Source of the DNA: Candidatus Falkowbacteria bacterium
GTDB lineage: Bacteria > Patescibacteriota > Patescibacteriia > UBA11705 > JABHMO01
Reading direction: 5' to 3'
NCBI GenBank assembly: GCA_018674305.1
Contig: JABHAL010000001.1
Location: forward strand, 68,635 to 132,634
DNA length: 64,000 nt
Shown: in pieces, positions 9,357-18,368 of the stretch
How the letters are laid out: each line of letters begins with the position of its first letter
Position numbering within the stretch: position 1 is the first letter of the stretch
The notes under the pieces: model-generated
Databases searched by the model: none
Seen by the model: only the letters and a program-made list of their open reading frames with translations
What the model was told of the DNA's origin: nothing
Position numbers and translations under genes: made by a program

Positions 9357-10508
9357 CTAATCTTGAGAATCAATATCTTCCATCACAACAACAGAAGAAT
9401 AAATCTCATTAAACTCTTCTCTACTTAACTTCCGACCCAATTCCAACTGTTTTTTTCTCACTGACAATTTAAATGCTTTATACTTTTTTACTCCGAAAGC
9501 TTGTCGTAAATAATCATCAGCAGTTTGACCACCCAGCATCAGGAATGTATCAAGCACATCGTCTTTTTCCACTATGTCAGAAACAGGACCACCAACGGAA
9601 ATAATTCCGCCATCTTCTTTTTTTGCCATTTTTTCAAGCCACTCAGGATCTTGATTCATCTGAAGACCATCTGACTTAGCTTCTTCTGGAAAACATTCAG
9701 CCATGGCGCATGGGTAATTCATGCCTGATTCATCTTCTTTTATAATCGATGCCCAATCCTCCTCGGTGAGTGGCTCTGGGCGTACCCAATCCTCAGGTGG
9801 CACAATCTGAGCAATCGGTTTATCATACCGACTAATCACGTATCTTGCGCCATTTTCAATCACATTCCTAATGATCTCAAACAAATGTTTGTGGGCATAA
9901 GTAGCTGTGACGGTTCTGAGCTCCGGCAGTGAGACTTCAGCTGAATCATGACGAGTGACAAACTCATCCAGCTCCGCTTGAAGCAAAGATTTCTTGAATT
10001 TTTCCATAAACTCAGGGTTTTCATCAACATTTCTGAGAAATGACTCTACCTCAGCGGGATTACTCGAGCCCACCCCCTCCTCATAAACAAAATCCAGATC
10101 ATCAACTCGCAGTGAATACAAATCCGGAGAGCAATTTCTGAAGAGTGAGTAGAGGCGAACATAATCAAAAAAAATCCTGGCCCCCACATAAACATACAAT
10201 GGAGCTCCATCATTATCATTGATAATGAATGCGGAACAGTCTGCACCAATATTAAAGAAAACCTCAAATCCGTCAGTTGTCCAATCAAGAGCTCCAAGTG
10301 GAGAACCAAGTAACCGCCTACGACTGAACGCATCAAGGGCGGAGATATACTTCGGATTTACAACAAAGCCAAGACGACGCTCGCCATCAATAACATCAAC
10401 GAAAAGCCCTTGGCCAAGATCTTCAATAATTTTAGCCTTAATTTGAACTCGAGTCTCATGAATATTAACTTCACTCAACTGCAACGTTACGAACTTTTGT
10501 TCTGGCAT
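9357..10508 (-). CDS. hypothetical protein with an internal Phd/YefM-antitoxin-like segment; G+C-rich relative to neighbours
   Basis: Segment EVSLPELRTVTATYAHKHLFEIIRNVIENGARYVISRYDKPIAQIVPPEDW resembles the Phd/YefM antitoxin fold signature; N- and C-terminal ~190 and ~130 aa are unrecognised. Confidence 0.55.
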   Translation of the reverse strand: MPEQKFVTLQLSEVNIHETRVQIKAKIIEDLGQGLFVDVIDGERRLGFVVNPKYISALDAFSRRRLLGSPLGALDWTTDGFEVFFNIGADCSAFIINDNDGAPLYVYVGARIFFDYVRLYSLFRNCSPDLYSLRVDDLDFVYEEGVGSSNPAEVESFLRNVDENPEFMEKFKKSLLQAELDEFVTRHDSAEVSLPELRTVTATYAHKHLFEIIRNVIENGARYVISRYDKPIAQIVPPEDWVRPEPLTEEDWASIIKEDESGMNYPCAMAECFPEEAKSDGLQMNQDPEWLEKMAKKEDGGIISVGGPVSDIVEKDDVLDTFLMLGGQTADDYLRQAFGVKKYKAFKLSVRKKQLELGRKLSREEFNEIYSSVVVMEDIDSQD

Positions 10509-10681
10509 GAAGTCCTCCGTAAAAGATGAACACTTTAATTGTTCACTTGGGATATAGAAAGCAATTTAAACACGAATTTAATTTAATGAACATCAATATA
10601 ATTTATCATCTCAGATAGTATTTGTCAATATATAAAAAAAAAGCAATTACTGCTAATTTTAGAATAAAAATAATTAATCCC

Positions 10682-10822
10682 TTCTTTCTCAATTTTAACT
10701 GTCTTAAACAGGTTCTTTCTAAAACCTGCCATAAAATTCACCTTAACTCAAATCTCCAATCCCCTCTTTTTCAATTTTAACTGTTTTGAACAGTTTCTTT
10801 TTCAAACCTGCCATAAAATTCA
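10682..10822. repeat. tandem duplication (~60 bp units, ~85% identical) of the 3' coding end of murJ
   Basis: tcaattttaactgtcttaaacaggttctttctaaaacctgccataaaattca (intergenic) vs tcaattttaactgttttgaacagtttctttttcaaacctgccataaaattca (last murJ codons). Confidence 0.5.
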
Positions 10823-12374
10823 TTAACTCTTCAGACTTAACAAGATAACCAACAATAACAAAAACCAACAAACCAACCAAACCAGCGATTAAGCCCTGAG
10901 AAAATACTCCCCAAAATCTTTGCATATCCACGAGCGAACCTACCCAGGTTTTCATGGATTGAGCAGCTACGCCCATTAAAAGCGAAGCAAAAGAAATTTT
11001 AGCTAATGACTTGATTATACCATCATGAAATATGTCTTTAATTTTATGACCAGCAAAAGCAGTTAAAATCACCAAATTCACGATTGAACTGATTGAGAAA
11101 CCAAGGGCCAAGCCAAGTACTCCCATTTCTTGCATTAACCACCAACTCAACCCAACATTCACCACCAAACTGACAAAAGCTGCCCAAAAGGGTAAAACTG
11201 TGTTGTGACGGGCATAAAACACTCTAGCTAATAGTGGCAACAATGCTTGCGCAAATAAGCTTAGACTGAATAAACCCAAAGAGTTGGCCGTTAAAATTGT
11301 ATCTTGCCAATCAAATTTTCCTGAACCCAAAACAACACGCACAATTTGCACTCGAAGAATTATTAATAATATAGAAAATGGGACTACAAAAAATAAAATT
11401 TGTTTAAATGTTGATTGAAAAGTTTCATTGAACTCTTTTTTGTTATTAGAACTAAAAGATTTGGACAAAACGGGAAAGGCGGCAATGGCAAAAGAAACTC
11501 CAAACAAACCTATTGGCAAACTTTGTAAATTGCTAGCTAAATTAAAAACAGTTAAACTCCCGGCAGCTAAAGTAGATGCAAAAATTGTAAATACAATTAA
11601 GTTCACCTGGGTACTAGCTAAACCTAAAATACGTGGACCCATCATTCTAATTATTTTTAAAAAATTTGAATCTTTGAACCTTATAATCGGTCGATAAACA
11701 AACCCTAGACGAAAAACGGTTGGAATTTGAATTAACAAATGCAAAACGGCCCCAATGATTACACCGATCGCCAATCCATAAATACCAAAATCCTCCACTA
11801 AAAACAAGGCTCCAAAAATTATTCCTAAATTATACATTACTGGGGCTAAAGAAAAAACAATAAAACGTTTGAACGATTGCAAAACACCACCAAACACGCC
11901 ACTTAATCCTAATAAAATTGGGCTAAAAAACATTAGTCGTGTTAGCCCAATGGTTAATTGTAATTTCTCACCACTAAAACCTGGGGTTATGATTGGAACC
12001 AACCAAGGACTGAACACAGCCAGAATCAAACAAGCCCCAAACAAGAATAGAGCCAGAATATTTAGAATATTATTTACCAAATCCCAAGCAACTTGATTTA
12101 CTTTATAGCTGACTTTTTCTTCATCTTTAATTAAACCAATAAAAATCGGAATAAATCCTGCAGATAAAGCGCCCAAAACAATTAAATTATAAACTAAATC
12201 TGGAACTCGAAAAGCTGCATAATACACGTCCAATTCATTACCTGCACCAAACTGACCTGCCAAAATACGATCTCTAACTAAACCTAAAATTCTAGATAAC
12301 AAACCAGCCGCGGCGATCACTACAGCGGCTGAGGCGATTGAACTGAATTTAGTTGATAAGAGTTTTCGTAACAT
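10743..12374 (-). CDS. murJ: lipid II flippase MurJ (MviN)
   Basis: N-terminal ILGLVRDRILAGQFGAG..LDVYYAAFRVPDLVYNL MurJ signature and 14-TM architecture. Confidence 0.85.
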   Translation of the reverse strand: MLRKLLSTKFSSIASAAVVIAAAGLLSRILGLVRDRILAGQFGAGNELDVYYAAFRVPDLVYNLIVLGALSAGFIPIFIGLIKDEEKVSYKVNQVAWDLVNNILNILALFLFGACLILAVFSPWLVPIITPGFSGEKLQLTIGLTRLMFFSPILLGLSGVFGGVLQSFKRFIVFSLAPVMYNLGIIFGALFLVEDFGIYGLAIGVIIGAVLHLLIQIPTVFRLGFVYRPIIRFKDSNFLKIIRMMGPRILGLASTQVNLIVFTIFASTLAAGSLTVFNLASNLQSLPIGLFGVSFAIAAFPVLSKSFSSNNKKEFNETFQSTFKQILFFVVPFSILLIILRVQIVRVVLGSGKFDWQDTILTANSLGLFSLSLFAQALLPLLARVFYARHNTVLPFWAAFVSLVVNVGLSWWLMQEMGVLGLALGFSISSIVNLVILTAFAGHKIKDIFHDGIIKSLAKISFASLLMGVAAQSMKTWVGSLVDMQRFWGVFSQGLIAGLVGLLVFVIVGYLVKSEELMNFMAGLKKKLFKTVKIEKEGIGDLS

Positions 12375-12422
12375 GAAAATATTAATACGTGATGTACTGA
12401 TTTATACTGATATACATGACTG

Positions 12423-12824
12423 TTACTTTATGTTAATAACACGACGAACTTTAACGCCCTTGCTTGAAAAAAGAATAATTAATCCTAACTGCATCTTGGA
12501 CATCTTAAGGTATTCATTAATTTGTAGAAAATCACTTCGACCGATATGTGGTCCAACTTTTAATTCAACAACTACTTTTTCCTCAACTATAAAATCAAAT
12601 CTTCTCTTTATATCTACAATATTCTCATATTTTAATGTAACTGTAACTTGTTCTCTATACGTTCTTCCCCTTCTGAAAAGTTCTGCGCCTAAGGCTTTTT
12701 GATATGTTTTTTCCGGATGCCCAACACCAATTTTATTTTGTACATCATATGCTGCACCAATAATATCATGGCTCAATTCTGAATACACATATTTTTCATC
12801 AACATTTACATTATTTATGGCCAT
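12423..12824 (-). CDS. GxxExxY family protein (PD-(D/E)xK-like)
   Basis: GVGHPEKTYQKALGAEL matches the G-x-x-E-x-x-Y motif and family size. Confidence 0.65.
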   Translation of the reverse strand: MAINNVNVDEKYVYSELSHDIIGAAYDVQNKIGVGHPEKTYQKALGAELFRRGRTYREQVTVTLKYENIVDIKRRFDFIVEEKVVVELKVGPHIGRSDFLQINEYLKMSKMQLGLIILFSSKGVKVRRVINIK

Positions 12825-12879
12825 AAATTTATATCAGGATATCATGTAAAAATCACGTAAATCATGTATTAACCAATGT

Positions 12880-14955
12880 TTATACTAATATTCTAACATC
12901 TACTACGTTTAATCCTTTTTCACCAACAAAAGCTGGATTAATATCCATTTCCTGAATTTCCGAAAAATCAATCGCTAACTGCGAAATTTTAAGGATTGTA
13001 TTTTCAATTGAATCAATATTACAAGCCTTCTCACCTCGAACACCCGTTAAAAGTTTGTAGGATTTAATTTCCTGTACCATTTTTTTAGCCTGTTGCTTAC
13101 TTAATGGCGCTAACCGAAAAGCAACATCCTTCAAGACTTCTACATAAACCCCACCCAAACCAAACATTATTAATGGACCAAACTGTGGATCTCTTTTTAA
13201 GCCAAATATAATTTCCTTACCACCTTTTACCATCGGTTGAAGTAACACTCCATCAATCTTAGCATTCTTCTTATATTTTTTGCAGTTCTTAAGTATTTCA
13301 TTATAAGCTGTCATTACTTGCTTTTTATCTTGAAGTTTAATCTTCACACCGCCCGCATCCGACTTGTGAATGATATCTTTTGAAATCACCTTCATGGCAA
13401 TCGGGTAGCCAAACTTTTCTGCGAATTTACCCGCCTCAACTGAACTTGTAGCCAAACCAGAATTAATAACCGGAATATCATAAGCTTTTAATATCTTTTC
13501 ACATTCCTGAAAATCAACTGAACCGTCTGCTTTGTTTAAAATTTTCTTAATTTGGTTTTTCTTATTTTCACTGACTTGTATTTTCACAAAGCTTTGCTTG
13601 GTTTGATTATTTTTATTATACAAATAAAATTTTTCTAATGATCTTACCGCTGTCTCAGGATATAAATAATGAGGAACATTATTTTGTTCTAAAAGTTTTA
13701 TACCAGAATCTACTTTTTGACCACCAATAAAGCTAGTCACAATCGGCTTTTTTGTTTTCTTGGAATACTCAATTATAACTTCTGCTGTCTTGTTTATTTC
13801 TGTTACAGTTTGTGGAGTTAAAATTGTAATTAAACCATCGACACCCTTATCATTCAAGACTGATTTTATCGCAACTTCATAACGGTCCGCTCTGGCATCT
13901 CCAATAACATCCACCGGATTATGAATATTTGCAGTGCTAGGAAGTTCTTTTTTTAATTTTGCAGTTGTAGCCTTTTGAAATTTCACTAACTCCAAACAAG
14001 AATTAGCAATAGCATCTGTAGTTAAAACACCAGGTCCACCAGCATTCGCAACTATAGCAACTTTATTTCCAACCATTTGATAATCACCAGAAAAAAGTTT
14101 TATTAAATTAAACAAATCTGCTAGCCCTTCCGCTCTAAGTGTATTAGTTTGAGTGAAGGCAGCATTCACAGCTTCGTTAGCTCCAGCTAAAGAACCTGTA
14201 TGTGAAGCAATGGCTGCCTGTCCTTCTGCGGATTGTCCTGATTTAACAATTATCAAAGGCTTTATTGCTGATAATTTTTTCGCTAATTTCATGAACTTCT
14301 GGCCATCAGCAAAGCCCTCCAGGTAAGCCAATACAACTTTAGTTTTCTTATCTTTTATAAAAAATTCAATTAAGTCATTTTCATTAATGCCACTTTTATT
14401 CCCTAAACTTATAAATCTAGAAAATCCGAAATTTTTTAACCTAGCCCAATCCAACATGGCGGTGCAAATTGCCCCAGACTGGGACATAAAAGCTACATTA
14501 CCCGGAGAAATCATACCTTCGGCAAATGAAGCATTTAAATTAATAGTTGAATCAAGTAATCCTAAACAATTCGGACCTAAAATGTTGATTTTATACTTTT
14601 TCGCTGTGGCAATTAATTGTTCTTCCATTTTTTGGCCTTGCTTACCCACTTCCTTAAAACCTGCAGTTATAATAATAGCATTATGAATCCCCTTTTCCCC
14701 ACATTCAATCAATACTGAATTAACAAACGGAGCTGGAATAACAAAAACAGCCAAATCTACTTTGCCTGGTATTTCTTTTACACTTTTAAAAGCTTTTAAG
14801 CCAAGAATTGCTTTGCTTTTTAAATTTATTGGGTAAATCTTTCCTTTAAACTTATAATCGATTACGTTTTTTAAAATTGTATAGCCCAGTTTTTGTTTTT
14901 CACCTGAGGCTCCAATTATTGCAATTGATTTCGGACTAAAAAAAGAATTCAGCAT
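12880..14955 (-). CDS. acetyl-CoA synthetase (ADP-forming), fused alpha/beta (CoA-binding + ATP-grasp)
   Basis: N-terminal CoA-binding SIAIIGAS..; succinyl-CoA-synthetase-like flavodoxin and ATP-grasp regions; 691 aa. Confidence 0.8.
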   Translation of the reverse strand: MLNSFFSPKSIAIIGASGEKQKLGYTILKNVIDYKFKGKIYPINLKSKAILGLKAFKSVKEIPGKVDLAVFVIPAPFVNSVLIECGEKGIHNAIIITAGFKEVGKQGQKMEEQLIATAKKYKINILGPNCLGLLDSTINLNASFAEGMISPGNVAFMSQSGAICTAMLDWARLKNFGFSRFISLGNKSGINENDLIEFFIKDKKTKVVLAYLEGFADGQKFMKLAKKLSAIKPLIIVKSGQSAEGQAAIASHTGSLAGANEAVNAAFTQTNTLRAEGLADLFNLIKLFSGDYQMVGNKVAIVANAGGPGVLTTDAIANSCLELVKFQKATTAKLKKELPSTANIHNPVDVIGDARADRYEVAIKSVLNDKGVDGLITILTPQTVTEINKTAEVIIEYSKKTKKPIVTSFIGGQKVDSGIKLLEQNNVPHYLYPETAVRSLEKFYLYNKNNQTKQSFVKIQVSENKKNQIKKILNKADGSVDFQECEKILKAYDIPVINSGLATSSVEAGKFAEKFGYPIAMKVISKDIIHKSDAGGVKIKLQDKKQVMTAYNEILKNCKKYKKNAKIDGVLLQPMVKGGKEIIFGLKRDPQFGPLIMFGLGGVYVEVLKDVAFRLAPLSKQQAKKMVQEIKSYKLLTGVRGEKACNIDSIENTILKISQLAIDFSEIQEMDINPAFVGEKGLNVVDVRILV

Positions 14956-14981
14956 ACTTAAACAAAATTTAAATATAATTT

Positions 14982-15548
14982 TTAAATCACTAATTCGCCC
15001 TCTCCCTTTCCCTCAATGCCAGCGGCATTAGCTTCGTCAGTGTCAATTACAAAAACGAAATCATAATCTTCAGCAACTCGGATTTCCACTTCTTCAAAAA
15101 CTAGGGCCCTTGGTCCATCAATCTTGATTTTGACTACCTGACTATTGGTAAGATTAAGTTCTGCGGCTCTGTTAGGATTTACCTTTACATGTCGCTTAGC
15201 AACAATTAAACCTTCTTCTAATTCCAATTCCCCCTTCGGTCCGACTAATTTAATTGGTCCTGAACGGATAATTTTACCTGACAATCGTAATGGTGTTTTT
15301 ATACCTAAATAATGACTGTCAGTTCGAGAAACTTCAATTTGTGTATGCCCACGACATGGTCCAATTACTCTAACGTTTTCTAAGCTTTTTTTAGGTCCAA
15401 CCAAAGTAATTGTATCAATACTGGAATATTCACCTGAAGATAAATCTTTTTCCTTTTTTAATTCATATCCTTCACCAAAAATTGCATCCAAATCAAATTG
15501 AGTTAAATGAGCATGACGAGCTGAAACTTCAACTTTTACATTTATCAT
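14982..15548 (-). CDS. PduL-like phosphate acyltransferase (phosphotransacylase)
   Basis: Two-repeat architecture with SARHAHL-type motif, ~190 aa. Confidence 0.6.
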   Translation of the reverse strand: MINVKVEVSARHAHLTQFDLDAIFGEGYELKKEKDLSSGEYSSIDTITLVGPKKSLENVRVIGPCRGHTQIEVSRTDSHYLGIKTPLRLSGKIIRSGPIKLVGPKGELELEEGLIVAKRHVKVNPNRAAELNLTNSQVVKIKIDGPRALVFEEVEIRVAEDYDFVFVIDTDEANAAGIEGKGEGELVI

Positions 15549-15741
15549 ATTTTTTTCTTTTATTAATTATAATTCCAAAATCCTCCAAATAATCATATTT
15601 GAACACTATAATATTGAATTTCATATATATTATATCATTATATGGTGATTATTTGAAGTTGATAACTTAATGTTGACAAATAAGCTCTTTTCACCTAAAA
15701 TATTATATAAACACAGTTCCTTACAAGTCTGGAGGCTTATC

Positions 15742-16428
15742 ATGAATGCTAATAATTCACCATCTTACGATGAATTTTTTGCTAAAGTTAAAGAGAAAAT
15801 CTCTGATGAACGTTGCCGTAATTTCATTGAAGCTTCCTACAAAATGGCCAAGGAAGCACACCGTCGTCAAGTTCGCGACGATGGTGAACGATACTTTGAA
15901 CACGTCAAAGCTGTCGCATGGATTTGTTTAACAGAAACAACCATTACTGATCAGCTTCGTTTAACTATTATTGTTTGTGGAAGTTTATTTCATGACATGC
16001 TTGAAGACACTTACATGTCAAAAGTCCGTCATTTAAAAATCATGTTTGATCATTTTCATCCGGAAATCACCAAAGTTGCGCATGAATTAACCAAAGTCCC
16101 CAAGAAAAGACAACCTGATATTTTAAAACGCTGGGCGAGAATGTTATCCAGTAATTCAACCCCAACAAAAATAGTCAAACTAGCTGACCGGCTACACAAC
16201 CTGAGAACCTTACTGCACTGCCGTCACGACAAAGCAATACGAAAAATCCATGAAACTAGAGACATTATTCTGCCTTGGGCTCGCGATCATTCTAAACTGG
16301 ACAAAACCACCAACATGCATCCCAATCATCGTACAATGTTCAAAAGAGAAATCAATGGCCTGGCAGACAAAGTTGAGCAAGAGCTTATTGCAGTTGAGAA
16401 AGAACTTTCAGCTCTTCCCGTTCCCTAA
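15742..16428 (+). CDS. HD-domain hydrolase of the SpoT/RelA (p)ppGpp-hydrolase type (small alarmone hydrolase-like); start taken at MNANNSP with GGAGG RBS
   Basis: H..HDMLEDT and KLADRLHNLRTL motifs. Confidence 0.7.
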   Translation: MNANNSPSYDEFFAKVKEKISDERCRNFIEASYKMAKEAHRRQVRDDGERYFEHVKAVAWICLTETTITDQLRLTIIVCGSLFHDMLEDTYMSKVRHLKIMFDHFHPEITKVAHELTKVPKKRQPDILKRWARMLSSNSTPTKIVKLADRLHNLRTLLHCRHDKAIRKIHETRDIILPWARDHSKLDKTTNMHPNHRTMFKREINGLADKVEQELIAVEKELSALPVP

Positions 16429-16436
16429 AAACCAAA

Positions 16437-16468
16437 AACGTCCCCAAGCAACAGCAAGGGACGTTTTT
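16437..16468 (+). terminator. intrinsic terminator (aaacgtcccc..gggacgttt + T8)
   Basis: Directly 3' of the HD-hydrolase gene. Confidence 0.6.
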
Positions 16469-16486
16469 TTTATTATAATATATTTT

Positions 16487-17467
16487 TTATAACTTTATTT
16501 TCAACAAACCATTTTGCGCTCCAACTCTGTAAAGAACAAAAGCGCTATTACGAATTCCCAACTTCAGAGCCTTTTCAAAATTATCCCATTTAACCAAACC
16601 GGCCACTAAACCTGAGGAAAAAGAATCCCCTGAACCAACGGTGTCAACAATTTTACTTTTCACTCCTTGTGATGGCATATAATAATAATTACCAGTATCA
16701 TCTATTGCTGCTACACCTCGAGCGCCTTGTGTGACAACTACTTTATTTGGCCCAAAACTTTTAATAGTTCTTAATAAATACTTAGTATCTTTTAATTTAG
16801 CCTTTGGGGTTCTTGGTTTTTCGCTTTTAACCAACTGAGTAGCTTCATCTTTGTTCAAAACTAGAAGCTCAATCTCGGGCAAGAACATTCTCATTTTGTC
16901 ATGTTCTTCCAGTTGCAGAGAACCTGGATTCCAAGCAATTTTAACATTACGCTTGGTTTGTCGAACAACTTTATCAAACTGCAAAGCCCAATCATGACTG
17001 GTCAGAGATGAAACATAAAACCATTTAGTTCGAAAGTTTCGTAAACCAAATACTTCCAAATGATTGCTTGCACCCTTGTGAGTAAAAATTGTATGTTCTC
17101 TATCCTTAACCGCCGTCATTATAATAGAAAAACCAGTTCTGTCTTCTTTGGTAACTCTAACCAAGTTCGAACTTATTCTTAAACCCTTAAGGTATGAGTA
17201 AATTTCTTTACCAACCTGATCATTACCAAGTGAAGCCATCGGCGCCACATCCAGTCCGAAATTTTTTAAACCAACTGCCACGTTCAGAGCACCACCACCA
17301 TAATTAACAAACACTTTATTGATTGGTAGCTTCGCACCATATTCAACGGTCATTAATTTTTCTCGCAGTGGATCTTTTTTGGGATTTTTTATAATGTCAA
17401 TTTCGTTACTGTAGAACATTATATCTTTAAGTGCGCTACCAACTGTAACTACATCAAATAATTTCAT
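16487..17467 (-). CDS. PfkB-family carbohydrate/nucleoside kinase; start at MKLFDV
   Basis: N-terminal GSALKDI..; NYGGGALNVA; C-terminal DTVGSGDSFSSG anion-hole motif. Confidence 0.75.
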   Translation of the reverse strand: MKLFDVVTVGSALKDIMFYSNEIDIIKNPKKDPLREKLMTVEYGAKLPINKVFVNYGGGALNVAVGLKNFGLDVAPMASLGNDQVGKEIYSYLKGLRISSNLVRVTKEDRTGFSIIMTAVKDREHTIFTHKGASNHLEVFGLRNFRTKWFYVSSLTSHDWALQFDKVVRQTKRNVKIAWNPGSLQLEEHDKMRMFLPEIELLVLNKDEATQLVKSEKPRTPKAKLKDTKYLLRTIKSFGPNKVVVTQGARGVAAIDDTGNYYYMPSQGVKSKIVDTVGSGDSFSSGLVAGLVKWDNFEKALKLGIRNSAFVLYRVGAQNGLLKIKL

Positions 17468-17571
17468 ATTTTGTTTTTTATATGTATTTTTGTGTTTAAT
17501 TTCAAATTTATTATACCATAAAAACAAAAAAAGGAACAATTATATTGCTCCTTTGTCTTCTATTTTCTGAC

Positions 17572-17850
17572 TTAAACATTCCAGTTCTCTTCTTTTGGTT
17601 GAACTACGTCGTTCTGTCCCCAGTCTTCTTCTTCTGGCTGAACCAGCTTATTTTGTCCCCAGTCTTCTTCTTCCAGGCTACAGTTGCAAATATGGCCAGA
17701 GACCTGATTCATGTCATATTCGACACGATGTTGATTCTTTCGTTTTCCGAATATTAGTCTGCCAATCACGAAATAAATCACGATACCAACAAGCACTAGA
17801 AACATTCCAAAACTGAAATGAATCTGTCCACAATGCGCCAATAAATACAT
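17572..17850 (-). CDS. small membrane protein with C-terminal tandem EEEDWGQN(K/D)(L/V)VQP repeats
   Basis: One TM helix then two 13-aa repeats also visible as a nucleotide tandem repeat. Confidence 0.35.
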   Translation of the reverse strand: MYLLAHCGQIHFSFGMFLVLVGIVIYFVIGRLIFGKRKNQHRVEYDMNQVSGHICNCSLEEEDWGQNKLVQPEEEDWGQNDVVQPKEENWNV

Positions 17851-17930
17851 TTTCTACCTCCAGAAAAAGAGCCATTTGAACTGTAAATAATTTAACATAT
17901 TTACAAATTTCATGCAAATTTACCAGACTA

Positions 17931-17959
17931 TTGACAAAGCATGTGCGTTATGCTATAAT
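17931..17959 (+). promoter_or_regulatory. consensus promoter TTGACA-17-TATAAT with extended -10 (TGcTATAAT)
   Basis: ttgacaaagcatgtgcgttatgctataat, 48 nt upstream of the ORF at 18007. Confidence 0.55.
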
Positions 17960-18006
17960 CTTATGTATTATGTAAGATCATTAATAACAATGCCAAGGAG
18001 AAACAA

Positions 18007-18324
18007 ATGCAAACGGATCAAGCCGTTATGACAGAAGAAAATGAGGATCCCTACAAGGATCTATCTACTAGTCGAAAATTTGCAATCCAAACGCTTATAG
18101 TCATTAGTTGTGTAGCCTCAGGACTCGGGATGCTCTGCATGCTCACAATCAGAGAACTATCTTTGGTTCCACTACTGCTCATTGGTTTTGGCAACTTAGC
18201 CCCAATGATCGCCCTTCCTTTGCGCCCCAAAAAAGATATAACAACTGGTTCCTATGCTTCAGCCATAATAAGTTTAATGGTTGCATGCATTTACCTCTAC
18301 TTCGCGCTTATGATAATCAACTAG
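18007..18324 (+). CDS. small membrane protein (3-4 TM)
   Basis: ORF with AGGAG RBS, hydrophobic segments. Confidence 0.5.
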   Translation: MQTDQAVMTEENEDPYKDLSTSRKFAIQTLIVISCVASGLGMLCMLTIRELSLVPLLLIGFGNLAPMIALPLRPKKDITTGSYASAIISLMVACIYLYFALMIIN

Positions 18325-18333
18325 CTACCACAA

Positions 18334-18363
18334 AAGTAGGAGTTCAAACCTGAACTCCTACTT
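18334..18363. terminator. bidirectional terminator (aagtaggagttcaaacctgaactcctactt)
   Basis: Between convergent 18007-18324 (+) and glyQS (-). Confidence 0.6.
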
Positions 18364-18368
18364 TTTAT

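Noticed and set aside
10046-10446. Overlapping ORFs 10046-10336 (-) and 10219-10446 (+) inside the G+C-rich gene
   Set aside because: They are alternative frames of the higher-GC region. Higher GC inflates spurious ORF length, and they have no start context.
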